Assembly: GCA_951406725.2 (NCBI GenBank)
Contig: OX597815.1
Coordinates: 79,050,001 to 79,114,000 of the forward strand
Origin: Octopus vulgaris
Taxonomy: Eukaryota
Length of the DNA: 64,000 bases
Direction: 5' to 3'
The translations under genes and the position numbers were made by a program. The notes below the pieces were generated by a model that was not told where the DNA came from, did no database searches, and worked only from the letters and a program-made list of their open reading frames with translations. Shown here piece after piece: positions 48,990-61,949 of this stretch (within the stretch, counting starts at the first letter, position 1; every line of letters starts with the position of its first letter).

Positions 48990-49762
48990 ATCATCATCAT
49001 CATCATCATCATTTAATGTCCGTTTTCCATGCTGGCATGGGTTGGATGGTTTGACTGAGGTTTGGAAAGCCAGTGGCTGCACCAGGTTCCAATCTGATCT
49101 GGTAATGTTTCTACAGCTGGATGCCCTTCCTAACGCCAACCACTCCGGGAGTGTAGTGGGTGCTTTTTATGTACCACTGGCACAGAAGCCAGTCAAGTGG
49201 GCCTGGCATCAATCACATTCGGATAGTACTTTTTACATGCCACTAGCACGGGAGCCAGTCAGGGGTTAGTGGCACCGGCCACATTCACATGGTGGTTTTT
49301 ACAGCCACCAACACAGGAGCCAGTCAGGGAGCACTGGCATCAGCCACGTTCAGATGGTGCTTTTTACATGCCACCAGCACAGGATCCAGTCGGGCAGACC
49401 TGGCATCAACCACACTCAAATGGTGCTTTTTACATGCCACTGGCACAGGAGTCAATCAGAGGGCACTGGCCACAGCTAGTCTTCTCAAGCATATCATATC
49501 GCCTGACACATAAAGGGCACTTTTAAATGGACTGGACATGCAACACTGGCACCAGCCATGGCTGCGATCTCACTTTAGTTGCCAAGTCTTCTCAATCACA
49601 GCATATCTCCAAAGGTCTTGGTCTCTTGTCATTGCTTCTGTGAAGCCCAATGTTCGAAGTTCATGCTTCACTACCTTGTCCCATGTCTTTCTGAGTCTAC
49701 CTCTTCCACAGGACCCTTCCACAGTTAGGGTGTGGCACTTCCTCACACAGCTGTTCTCATCC
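48990..49762 (-). mobile_element. RTE LINE 3' end (ORF C-terminus, subrepeated 3' UTR, (GAT)n)
   Basis: VEGSCGRGRLRKTWDKVVKHELRTLGFTEAMTRDQDLWRYAVIEKT* followed by GGCATGTAAAAAGCACC subrepeats. Confidence 0.88.
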
Positions 49763-50572
49763 ATATATATATATATGTATGTATGTATGTATGTATACAG
49801 CAAATAAGTAACTAGGATGTCAAGGTACTTGTGAATTATGGCTGTTTCAGGCAGCTCCATTTAATCGAACAATGCAAACATTACATCAATTTGAAATACA
49901 CCGCCTTCTTTGAATGCATAAAACCATACAGGTTTTCAATATACAGGATACACCATTAACATTTTTTAGCAAATATTTCATCAGAACTAGAGAATAAAAG
50001 AATTACACGCTTGTTGCTCTTATTGTAGCAGAATGAACTTAGGGAGAAAATACCCAACTATAATTTGGAATGGCAGAAAAGAATAACAATGGGGGTCATG
50101 GTGTGGTGATAAAACTACATTTATCTATCTCCTTATCACCACCAAAAGATCTAATGCAGCTAGTATACTACGACCACTAAGAATTAAAACCACTTGGAAC
50201 TGACAATGAAGTTCTAGCTGCAGATAATGAATTAATTAATGTCAGATACTCTCCCAAAACCCTAATTTACTATGGCTGTAAATTCGCTATGACTACATAA
50301 ACAAATCTCAGAAGTCAGTATGTTCCCAGAAAGAGGGAGGGTAGGGGTGACATAAGCTATTTTATTATTGTCAGTTAAAGGAGCCTAAAATAGAAAACAA
50401 AGGGTGTCATAATGAGATCTAAATGGGCATTAAGGGTATAGGGAAAAAAAACCCAAATTTAGCATATATATTTGATTCCATAATCCTTGCCATCAGTTCA
50501 TCAATAATAAAAAAAATGAAAACCAGACCATGTTGTAACTTTATTTAACATATATATATATATATTTTTATA

Positions 50573-50803
50573 TATTTCTTTACTACCCACAAGGGGCTAA
50601 GCACAGAGGGGACAAACAAGGACAGACAAACGGATTAAGTTGATTACATCGATCCCAGTGCGTAACTGGTACTTAATTTATCGATCCCGAAAGGATGAAA
50701 GGCAAAGTCGACCTCGACAGAATTTGAACTCAGAACGTAACGGCAGATGAAATATGGCTACGCATTTCGCCCGGTGTGCTAACGTTTCTGCCAGCTCGCC
50801 GCC
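50573..50803 (-). mobile_element. full-length SINE family B
   Basis: Minus strand GGCGGCGAGCTGGCAGAAACG...CCCCTTGTGGGTAGTAAAGAAATA. Confidence 0.9.
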
Positions 50804-50844
<41 letters not shown>

Positions 50845-50860
50845 CACACATACATACATA

Positions 50861-52080
50861 CAGGGTGCGGTGAATAAATTGTCATCCATATTATGCAAAA
50901 ATAAAAATAATGCTGGCATCTCATTTTAACAGATATATTTACCAAAATTACATAAAAAATATCTTGAAATATTAAAGAGTAAATTTATTCTATAAAATCA
51001 CCAACCATGGCCTCCAGATGACTTTGGAATCTCCTGCAACTCTTCTGGATGGTCTTGTTTAAGTTCGTGAATGCTTCCCTTCAGTTCATCTTTAGTTTTA
51101 CAAGGAGTTTTGTTGGCCTCTCACTCAACTGCACACCACACATAATTATCAAGGGAGTTGTAGTCTGGGGAGTTTAGTGGCCAGATGTTAGAGGTGATGA
51201 GGTCACAGAAATTGTCTGCCAGCCATAACTGTTTTCTCCTGCTTGTGTGGCATGGTACAGAGTCCTGTTGCCAGACATAGGGTCTTCTAGCAACCACCCT
51301 CTTGACCCAGGGCAGCACTACCTCCTCCAGGCACTTGATGTAGGCCTCCATGTTGGGTCTGAGGCTGTGTGGGAAGATGAATGGAGACATATCGTCACCA
51401 TCACTAGTAATCACTCCAAACTCTATGATGGTGACTAGATGTTTGATCTTTATCACTTTCAGTACATGTTTCGGGGACACAGCAAGCCAATGGTTGCTCT
51501 GTGTATTCACCCTGGCAGAAATTTTTCTTGTCTGAGAAAAACCAAAGCATATTTGGTTGGAGGGGATGCTTGAGTTTGTTCAAAAGCATCATAGTACAAT
51601 CGTTCCTCTTGTCTTTGATGGCTTGGGATAAAAACTGGCCCTTCCTCATCTTGTATGAGGAATACCAAATATCTTCATGCACTACCTACCTGATAAGAAA
51701 CTCAGACACTCCCATGTCCCTAGCAATGGACCTGATTGACTTGGAGGGATCATTGTCAATCATGGCCTGAATCTTGCCAACAAATTCAGGAGTTCTTTTC
51801 TTATCAGAATAATCAGAGTGAGTTTTCCAAGCTGCCATATCTTCACAATCACTGTTAGACTCATCCAACTCTTTCCAAATCCTCTGCACCGTCTTCAGAT
51901 TGACACTCAAACACTCTGAAATGTTCATACTGGAGCTTCTGACACGAATGCCAAGCAGTACAGCATGTCGTTTCCAAATTTCTGGCAGAGTGAATTGCAT
52001 CATAATGATGTTTTCTCATAGATGGAGCCCAACTGATCCTACTATACTGTATAGCTGACAGTAATGTCTCTTTTCCATGG
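50861..52080 (-). mobile_element. maT-type (DD37D) Tc1/mariner element, defective transposase
   Basis: KSIRSIARDMGVS HTH, WFFSDKKNF, WQQD-x37-D (NSPDYNSLDNYVW); TA|CAGGGTG terminus at 50861; other TIR decayed. Confidence 0.9.
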
Positions 52081-52104
52081 TATGTGTATATATATAATAT
52101 ATAC

Positions 52105-52164
<60 letters not shown>

Positions 52165-52823
52165 GAATCAAGATTTAGAATCCGGGCAGGTAACTTACAA
52201 GCACTCTAGTATAATCCAGTTCTGGTTAACCACATCAAATGATGTGAAATGACAAGAAATTCTTTAAGGTAAACAATTACACAGTATTTCAACCAATGAG
52301 TAAATCCCAAATTCAGTATAGAGAGTGTATGGTCAAGGCTTCAAAAGTAAGAATGAAGAATTGTACATCCTCAAAAGCTTGTTTATTACAGTATTATATA
52401 CAATTCATTCAGTTTAAATCTCTGTCCAAAATATGTTTCTACTGCATAAATATCCTAAGATGTGGTTTCCAGTTGTGTTTTGTTTGTTCAAATGCATAAT
52501 AAATTCATCCATTGCATATGAATCTCTGCAGCTTTACTTATTTATTTATGGACTTTTTGAAGCAAACTGACAAGTTCAGTGTTTGACAGTCTTATTCTAA
52601 GTATAATTTAGGTGTGGAGGCATGTGAAGAAAATAGCAGAGGTCGTTGTGAAATATTATATAACAATAAATCTGTTATTATTTAAACCTAGAGTCACTCT
52701 TAAAGCTTTTGAGAATATATAATTCTCCATTCTCTTTTTTAATGTCTATAATATATATATATGTGTATATGTATTTCTTCGAACAATTCTCCAGAAAAAA
52801 ATTATCAATAATTAATATCAGGG

Positions 52824-53033
52824 TAATAAAGATTTTAGAAATTTTTACTACCTGTGACCTAGTGTGTAGAAAAATTAGTCAATAGACTATATATTATTCA
52901 TATAAATACAGTGTACATTTAAACACTGAAGGATACCTTTTATGTGTTTAAATGTACACTGTATTTATTGTCTATTGACTAATTTTTCTACACATTAGGC
53001 CACAGGTAGTAAACATTTCTAAAATCTTTATTA
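52824..53033. repeat. 210-bp near-perfect palindrome
   Basis: taataaagattttagaaat...aaacactgaagg ATA ccttttatgtgttt...atttctaaaatctttatta; one ~13-nt bulge. Confidence 0.95.
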
Positions 53034-53898
53034 TGTGTATATGTATATATATTTTTATATATACATGTATGCATATGTGTGTGGATGTGTACATGCATAT
53101 TTACACACACACACACATACATATTGCAGACCATATAGCTTTGGGCAATCTGTAATGGCTGTTTATTCATTTTCATTTTTCCAAGGAAAATGCATGCAAT
53201 AAATAGATTGACCTCTTATCCTGTGTGAGTTAGATTTTCCATCAGTATGAAAACTGAATTTAAGCACTGATATAAATTATTGATATTGATTTTTCACTAT
53301 GACAATAATTATGTAAGCAGACATAGCAATATTAATACAATGAAATATTGTAGCTTCTAAAATGCCTGGATACAGATATCTATATATATGAAACAGAGTT
53401 TGTGTGTGTGTGTGCGCACGCACGAGCGTATGTTCCTTATGTAGTCGAAAAGTGAGTTGTTGATTTTGACATATGAGGTATCAAATGATTCAGTAATCTT
53501 TCGGCTCCCAAATAAAGTATGTTTTGTGCACAACAACTCCTTTTTATTACAAAGATAACCTCGAAAAATAGGTGTTTTGCTAAGGGAGGCAATTCTGCCT
53601 GAATAATCTTTATGTCTTAGAGCATAATGAGAAAATGTTTAAACTTCATGGAGTTTTACCAGGGAATAAAACTTCAAAGATACACTGTCAACTTCCTTAT
53701 TATTATTTAGAAGATAATCTTTTTATGTGAAGTATGTTTGTCTGTGATTTGTTTAGCCCAGAGTTGCCTCTGATGTACCTGACCCAGCACAAGTTTTTTT
53801 TGTTTTTCTTCCTGAAATACTGTAAATCTGCATCATCATTTGATGAAAGGATGTTCTTTAAGGGAGATTTGGTTCTATTTGTAAGAGCTCAAGTTACC

Positions 53899-53958
<60 letters not shown>

Positions 53959-53984
53959 CGTGCGTGTGTGTGTGTGTGTTTGTG

Positions 53985-54190
53985 TTTATCCTCTACTACT
54001 GCTGACCACTGGTGTTAGTTTGTTTATGTCTCTGTAACTTAATTACTTGGCAAAAAGATATCATTAGAATGAAGTACCAGACTTGAAAAAAATAAGTACT
54101 GGGTTCAATTTGTTTGACTAAACCCCTTCAAGGCAGTGCCCCAGCATGGCCACAGCCTTTTGACTGAAACGAGTAAAAGATAAAAAAACT
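53985..54190 (+). mobile_element. SINE family A 3' half (degenerate)
   Basis: CCCCAGCATGGCCACAG..GACTGAAACGAGTAAAAGA tail. Confidence 0.75.
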
Positions 54191-54687
54191 TTCCAACTAA
54201 ATGGTCATGGAATCATTCTGAAAGAATTGTGAAGACAAAACCTTTCACTGTTTGAAATATTTAACCAAATATAAAATATTCATGAATATGCTACACAATA
54301 AGCCATGGTATAATGGTTACAATACAACATTTATGGTTTAAAAAAAGCTGAGGAATATTTCTTTAAATAAAAATATCAAATGGGATCACTGTGGCTACAT
54401 GGTCAAGGTGCTTGCTTTGCAACCAAGAGGTTTTGGGTTCACTCTCATTGTGCAGCATCTTCAGTAAGTGCCTTCTACTATAGCCCAGTGCTAACCAATA
54501 TCTTGTGAGTGAATTTTATAGATAGAAACTCTTCATATATAAATATGAGTATGTGTATGTATTTGTGGATGTGAATGCATTTGTGTGTGTGTGTATATAT
54601 GTATATATGCATATATATATATATGAATGTATGTATGTATATATGTATATATGTATGTATGTATGTATATGTGTGTGTATGTATATT

Positions 54688-55372
54688 ATCATTCAGTTTT
54701 TTCAAGATTTCTTGCCAATAGAGAAAGAACCGGTTTCTAACCTAGGTCTAAGTTTCTTTCATTGGAATTTTGATACCAACAACAGGGTATGTATGTATGT
54801 ATGTATGTATGTATGTATGTATTTAAATGATAAACTTCTGGAAAGTTTTACAGATTTTTATTGTTTCAGTGATGGATTGGATCTGTAGTCTTTGAATTAG
54901 CTTCTCCTTTCTGGTTTTGAGAAGCCTAATTTGTCAAGATTGGTATTTAGGCAGTGTGTTACATATCTCAGGGCCCCGATAATTACAGGTATAAACCTGA
55001 ACTTGTTATCTGGATAGAGCAACTGTAGATTTCTCAATAATTCAGCATAGGTGTTCTCTTTTTCACTGATCTTCAGTTTTATGTTTACATCTGTTGGGCA
55101 GCTAATTTCCACAACTGTGCAAAGTTTCTCTTTTCTATCTCAAATCATTATATCAGGTCTGTTATGCTTACATTTTATTGAGGTCTTCACTGGTACATTC
55201 CACAAATATTCCTTTTCATTAAGAGTGGGTATGGCTTCTACCATATTGTGAGTTTTTATTTCTTTGTCCTTGGGATTACCCTTCTGACGGATTTCATTAT
55301 AGTGTCCTAGCTACAACATCATGTTTCATTGGTAGATAATACCGTGATGACATTTTCAGACAACTGCTTATG
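54688..55372 (-). mobile_element. R4/Dong-like LINE 3' fragment with restriction-like endonuclease
   Basis: HDVARTLY..WNVPVKT..HNRPDIMI..CTVVEISCPTDVNI..EKENTY..FIPVIIGAL (PD-(D/E)xK RLE); flanked by and containing (TACA)n. Confidence 0.85.
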
Positions 55373-55373
55373 G

Positions 55374-55405
<32 letters not shown>

Positions 55406-55896
55406 TGTATGTATGTATGTATGTATGTATGTATGTATGTATTTACATGTGTGTGTTTGTCTCCCACACTGATTCACAATTAGTGTTGGTTTGTTTATTC
55501 CCCCATAAGTTGGCAGTTCAGCAAATAAGCCCAATAAAATATGTAAAAGACTTAAAAATAAAAATGGGATCTATTTGTTTGACTAAACCCTTCAAGGCAA
55601 TGTCTCAGCATTGCTGGCATCCAACGACTGAAAAAAGTCATTGATGAAAGGTAAATGTTAAAAATGCATCCCATGTATGCTATTATTTAAATATTTTAAA
55701 AGGCAGATTAGAGATATATCAGCATGAGTCATCATACTAAAAAAAGTTGGAACCTCTGATGTAGATAGTTAATTTTTGCGGACTTATAATCTCTTTCTTT
55801 TGAGATTAACAAGAGATGTGTAATTTTAGATTCATTAATATATTTTTTGGTTGATACATACTTTTGAGTAAGAAATGTTTGTTAGTAACCTTAAAA

Positions 55897-56041
<145 letters not shown>

Positions 56042-56149
56042 AAATTTATGAAATGTAACTCAAAATGATATAAATGACAGCCAGGGCTTTAAAGACTCAA
56101 GTTCACAGGTTTGTTCTGGCAGGTTTTCCGAGGAAAGGCAGCATGCACC

Positions 56150-56540
56150 AAGGTCATCTTGAAGCAACTACGAAAAGTCACATATTTGATTTTCTAGTTG
56201 ATAATTGGAATGTAAGAACCTTGATTACATTACTTTCAAACTTGCTAAGTATAGGATGGACATTGCTGTCTGACCTGAGACCTGGTGAGAGTCAATCAAT
56301 ATGCTGGAAGAAGTGATGATTATATGATTTTTTTGGCATGGAAGGGATGATAACTTGAAAGGAGAATCTAGATTAGATTTTGCAGTTAAGTCAACATTAG
56401 TCTCCCATCTTACTGAATTACCATCTTATATCTATGTTTATGTCTACATCCTGTGGTCACTCAGTGACCTTCAACAGTATCTATGCACCAACAATGTCTT
56501 GGTGAAAACAAAAATCTGTTTTGTGGTCAAATTCTGAAAT
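56150..56540 (+). pseudogene. degenerate RTE apurinic-endonuclease N-terminal remnant
   Basis: NWNVRTL, YDFFWHGR, DFAVKSTLVSHLTELP, IYAPT motifs. Confidence 0.7.
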
Positions 56541-56587
56541 ATGTAACTGTTTAGCTTGTCATGAAATGAAACAATCAAAATCGATTC

Positions 56588-57205
56588 TAATAATAATAAT
56601 AATAATTGTGTACAGTGCTCAGGTGCACTACAACTCATCTAAAGTGTATATATAATCAGGTGTAGTTTCGGCGGATTTCGGAAAGCATGAGGGCCTTAAA
56701 GGATGCAGTGTCATGGCAGTCAACAACTGATGCAGGCAGTTTATTCCATGCTTCAGCAACTCTGAGCGTGAAAAAATGTTTCCGAAAGTCATGGGAGCTG
56801 TGTTGTTTTCTGACTTTGTAGGCATGCCCACGTGTGTTAGACACATGGAGATCAAAAAGGTGTTCAGTGTTGTTGTTGGTGAGGTGGTTGATAACTTTGT
56901 GGGTGTTTACCAAGTCCGTCGCCAGACGCCGGAGCTTCAGTGAATCCATGCCCAGGGAAACAAGGCGCTCAGAATATGGTAGGTGTCTGATGGAGGGTAT
57001 GCGTTTGGATGCACGTCTCTGGACAGATTCCAGGAGGTCAATGTTCTGAGCAAGATAGGGGTTCCAAACTGATGATGCGAATTCCAAGTGTGGTCGTACC
57101 ATAGCTGTATACAGTTTTAAATAGATGGCTGGAGAGCGGCTAACAAAAGACTTGCTGAGTGATGCCAAGACACCCTCGGCCTTCTTGACAATGGCTACAG
57201 ATGTA
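56588..57205 (-). mobile_element. 5'-truncated CR1-clade LINE with open ORF2 C-terminus
   Basis: LYTAMVRPHLEFASSVWNPY..LESVQRRASK..YSERL..TRGHAYK..FFTLRVAEAWNKLP; short 3' UTR and (ATT)n tail. Confidence 0.93.
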
Positions 57206-57779
57206 CACAGTACTGAGTTTGGCTGCTGAAACACATTTTTTAACATTAAAAGATTTACAAAGGAATTTAGATGCACTCATTCATGTTCCATAAAATGGCC
57301 CATTGTTGATTGTATTCTGTCTATTAAAAAAGAACAAGAAAACAAAATATTCAGCACTAACCTGTTTTGATGTCACCAAATTATAGGAAAATTTTACCAG
57401 GCAAGAACTTGAACAAGGCTTTAATTCTTTGCAGAGTATTATTAAAAAAAAAAGGGTTTGCTAAATCTGAAAAGAAGTGTTGCAGGTTATGAAGTCCAAA
57501 ACAATGACAAAGTAAATAAGCATATACAAAGCTTATTGTCCTTGTGAAGAGATCTACATAAACAATTCCACCAAATAACAATTTACTGGCCCAATATAAA
57601 ACTGGGAAAGAGGAAACCAAAAGCATGAAAAGAATATATTCATACTTTCAGAGCAATTACCTTTTTGCTAATTATGTCTCCTAGGTAACAAAAGCTACTC
57701 TAGTGAGTCATCTGGACATTTAAAAGAATCTATTTGTGGTGGTGTGCTCATAGTACTTTAGTACTTACTGCTCCAGTAC

Positions 57780-57965
57780 ATCCATCACATATAAAGCTTA
57801 CTTTTTCTGTTAGTCTGTCTGTGATTCCACTACATTTCTTGCATGTCTATAACTTACATTGGGTACATCTTGTGGAGTTTATATTTACTATTTTTATGCT
57901 TATTAAGCAAGGTCCTTTCTCTGAAGATACGAGGGTCCTGTCTTCTTTCCTATGTACTAAGACCT
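57780..57965 (-). pseudogene. degenerate RTE fragment (Cys-rich insertion region)
   Basis: Homologous to 62100-62270; VNINSTRCTQCKL*TCKKCSGITDRLT. Confidence 0.6.
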
Positions 57966-59321
57966 TTACCATCACTAATTTGTGCTATTTGATAATGCAA
58001 ATATATCTAAACAGACTTTTACTATTTCCATCTCCCAAATTAAGTCATAATGCATTAATAAGGCAAGAGCTACAATAGAAGACACCTATGGTGCTATACT
58101 TTTGGATCAAGCCTGAAATCAGATGGTTGGGTAACAAACTTTTCAACCATACAGCCATGCCTATCTATTGCTGTATAGTTATGATGTTGCATAAAGCCAC
58201 CTCCTGTAATATTACAACCCCCCACACACACACACACATTCACTCATTCAAGGGGTCTTTTTTTGAGAGTTACTTGGTGATCTCACTAAAGCTATGTGTT
58301 GTGAAAAAAACCACACCCAGTACACTTTTTGTAAAGTGGTTGGCATTAGAGAGAGAATCCAGCCATAGAGACCACATCAAAGCAGACATTGGAACTTAAA
58401 ACAGCCCTCTGGCTTGTTGGATCCTATTGGACCGTCCAACCCATGCCAGCAAGGAAGAAGGATGCTAAATGATAATGATGATGACGATGATGGTGATGAT
58501 GAGGCATACACCCACACTCACACATTTGTATCTGTGTGCGCATGTAATAGTGTCCTCTATTCATTTATTGTTGAATGGACTTTGGATCATTTGAACAAAT
58601 CAGAGTTACTATTTTATGAACTTTCAAAGAGAACTGGTGGTGGTGGTGGTGGTGGGGTGAGGAACTATTGTTCTGTGTGATTCATCAAATGATATTTACA
58701 TACTATTTTTATGAATTCGAAAAAGGAAACAACAACTAGATCAACATCAACAACAATATATATTCCTAGAACAAATGAAAAGATAAACATGTTAATTTCT
58801 AACGTTTTCAGTACCATGAATAAACACGGGTGATTAGGGAAAATGTTTAAGATTAGCAAAATTTTGTACTTGGCTGCAAGGGAGGCAACTCTGAACATTT
58901 GAAATCGAACACACATGAAAAGACCTTACGTTCCAAGAAGATTAATTTTACTAAACACTTCATTATTTTCAAAATTAATTGCAACTAATGTCGTGTATTT
59001 CAAGATAAATTTGGTAACAAAAGGGCTAAAAATGGGTACATGTATCATAGATTGCATTGGAAACTTCTCCCTTCTATTTTAAACTGTTTTTGTTTTTTTC
59101 ATCAAATATTGGTCTGAAGAAATTACCAAATTTATGGGAAATTTACTGATTTATATTGGTTGTTCAATAGTCGATTACACGTTGAACTCAGGATTAATTT
59201 TATCGACTGATATTTATATTATAAGACATCGAAAGAATGAAAGGTAATGCAAACGCGGGCAGGATTTGCAGTTCGCAATTAAGGGAACACAACTAAATAC
59301 TGCTTAATATTTGTTAGACGT

Positions 59322-59520
59322 AGGCGGTGAGCTGGCAGAATTGTTAGCACGCTGGACAATATGCTTGGCGACAGTTCATCCGTGTTTACGTTTTAAGTTC
59401 AAATTCCTACGAAGTTAACTTCGTCTTTTATCCTTTCAGGATCGCTAAAATAAGCCCCAGTTGAGTATTGTAATCGACTTACCCCCCACCCTCGAAATTG
59501 CTGGCCTTTTGCCAAAATTT
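59322..59520 (+). mobile_element. SINE family B (diverged)
   Basis: GGCGGTGAGCTGGCAGAA head, AGTTCAAATTCC box B. Confidence 0.8.
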
Positions 59521-59991
59521 GTGATCAATGTCAGTCAGACATTATACTGGTTTTATCTCCCAACTGCTCTTGGCGTTGTCGTCATAGTCGTCTTCGTCAG
59601 TATCATCTTTATTATTCCAATTATTTTAGACATCCACTTTTCCATGCTTGTATGGGTCAGATGGGATTCGTCAAGACAGATCTTCTACAGAGAGATGCCC
59701 TTTCTGTTGTCAACAATCTCTTGTTTCCAAGGCTGGACATGCTTTCCTGTAAGACTGGAAACAAGATCACTGCTTGTACAATGCTTGTTTTGTAATGTTA
59801 AGACATGAAGACACCAACATACATACACATATGCTGCAGACTCCTTTTAGTTTTCATCTACCAGATCTCCTCACAATACTTTGATCAGCTTGAGACTAGT
59901 AGAAGACATGTTACTTGCCCAAGATGTCATACAGGGGAACTGAACCTAAAACCATGTGGTTGAGAAGTGAACTCTTTAACTACGTGCGCAC

Positions 59992-60027
<36 letters not shown>

Positions 60028-60059
60028 GAAATAAAAAGAAAAATTGAAATATTAAGTAA

Positions 60060-60445
60060 GATAAATGTGTGGTTCCTTTTGATCTCCATGACATAATGCA
60101 ATAAAGTGTTCTCCTGATAATCCCTTACAGTTCAGTATCCAATTGCACTTGGAACATCCAATGCAGAAGATGCAAACAACTGCAACAGTGAAATGTTTTT
60201 GTTATGATATTCCATGCATGGATCTTTCCATGGCCTTTTATCTGCTCTTTATATCGTAGCCAATTGATGTTCTTCCCTCTTCAAAGTAACTTATGTCTCA
60301 CTTGCATGTAAGAGCATGGGTAGGACAGTGCTACTGAAGTGTCTGACACATACAGTCTTGTCCAGCTTTGCTTTGAGCACATACTTTGAGATAAATGCCT
60401 TCCATCCTGCTTCTTTTCTCTTTAAATTTTCAGTTAAGTCATCTG
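60060..60445 (-). pseudogene. degenerate RTE RT C-terminal remnant
   Basis: KRKEAGWKAF..HFSSTVLPMLLHASET*VTLKREEHQLAT. Confidence 0.7.
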
Positions 60446-60621
60446 GAACAAGACAGAAAAGAATTGAGCAATTAAGGAAGAACTAGAAGCACAATGTGAC
60501 CAGCGATGTATAACAGTGTCTGATAGTCCGGACAATACAGCAATATATATATATATCGTCAATAAATTACAAATCCAAAAAAGAAGCACACTCTAAGTTA
60601 TAGAGCAGTATAATATATAGA

Positions 60622-60825
60622 TAAAGATAGATATGGCCAATTTATGGGGTTACCCTGGGTTTCATGCTCATAAAGAGCTTAACTTTACAGCTTTTTTTCA
60701 GACCCTAAACCTATTGACCTGTGGCCTCTCAAATGGGTTTAAGGTATGAAGAAATGCTGTAAAGCTAAGTGATTTATGGATGTGAAACCCAGGGGAACCC
60801 TATAAACTGGCCATATCTATCTTTA
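60622..60825. repeat. ~200-bp imperfect palindrome
   Basis: taaagatagatatggcca...ctaaacctattga [cctgtggcctc] tcaaatgggtttaag...tggccatatctatcttta. Confidence 0.92.
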
Positions 60826-61104
60826 CCTGTGCATGTGTGTGTAAGGGTACCAAAACTGAACTTGCCCAAGACACCAGCTAACTTTTACAGGAAATATTGA
60901 ATACATGAATGAGATGAGGGAGAAAATAAACAGTAAAATTGGAGATGAGGAAGAGGAGATTTGAATGAATGATACATGATTTTGTTTTTAAATTATAATT
61001 TAGTCAAAGACGGAAGCATGGCCCCTTTATTTGTTATAGGATATTTGAGACTAGCAGGAGAAAGATAATGGAAACAGCAATTGCTATATATATATATATA
61101 TATA

Positions 61105-61400
61105 TGTAGAAACATTGCTAGATAAGACTGGAGTCTGGTGCAGCCTTCTGGCTTCCCAGATCCCCGGTCGAACACGTCCAACCCATGCTAGCATGGAGAA
61201 CGGACGTTAAACGATGATGATGATATATATATAAATATATCATCATCATCATCATCATTTAACGTCTGTTTTCCATGCTGGCATGGGTTGGACGGTTCAA
61301 CTGGGGTCTGGGAAGCCAGAAGGCTGCGCCAGGCCCAGTCTGATCTGGCAGTGTTTCTACAGCTGGATGCCCTTCTTAACGCCAACCACTCCGAGAGTGT
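61105..61400. mobile_element. two RTE 3' UTR-type fragments tail-to-tail (inverted pair)
   Basis: Plus copy ends in (GAT)n at ~61222; minus copy begins with (CAT)n at ~61238; TA spacer. Confidence 0.88.
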
Positions 61401-61403
61401 ATG

Positions 61404-61453
<50 letters not shown>

Positions 61454-61489
61454 TGTATGTATGTATGTATGTATGTATGTATGTATGTA

Positions 61490-61564
<75 letters not shown>

Positions 61565-61949
61565 TTGCTTGAAAACAACCATGTTTTTCATGAATTTGAG
61601 TGAAAGTAGAATGATCATGATCATGATGATGACAGTGATGACGACAACTACGATGACGATGGTGATGATGCAGTCTCTTAACATATACAATGAACACTTA
61701 TAAATATTATTCACAATATTTACCAACAAAGTATGTTTTCAATTCAGAATTGATTTATTTGTCTTGTTTTGTTGAGACTAGGTGACATATTGCAGATGTA
61801 ACCAATGCAATTTGTGATCTGCAGGTTGTTGTTGTGGCTGTGTGTGTGTTTGTGAGCGTGTATGATTTTGTGTGTGTGTGTATGTGTGTGTTTGTGAGTG
61901 TGTATGATTTTGTGTGTGTGTGTGTTTGTTTGTGTGCTTGTATGCTTTA

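Noticed and set aside
60890-60965. Acceptor followed by GNIEYMNEMREKINSKIGDEEEEI*
   Set aside because: Short and purine-rich with no upstream exons identified; likely chance.
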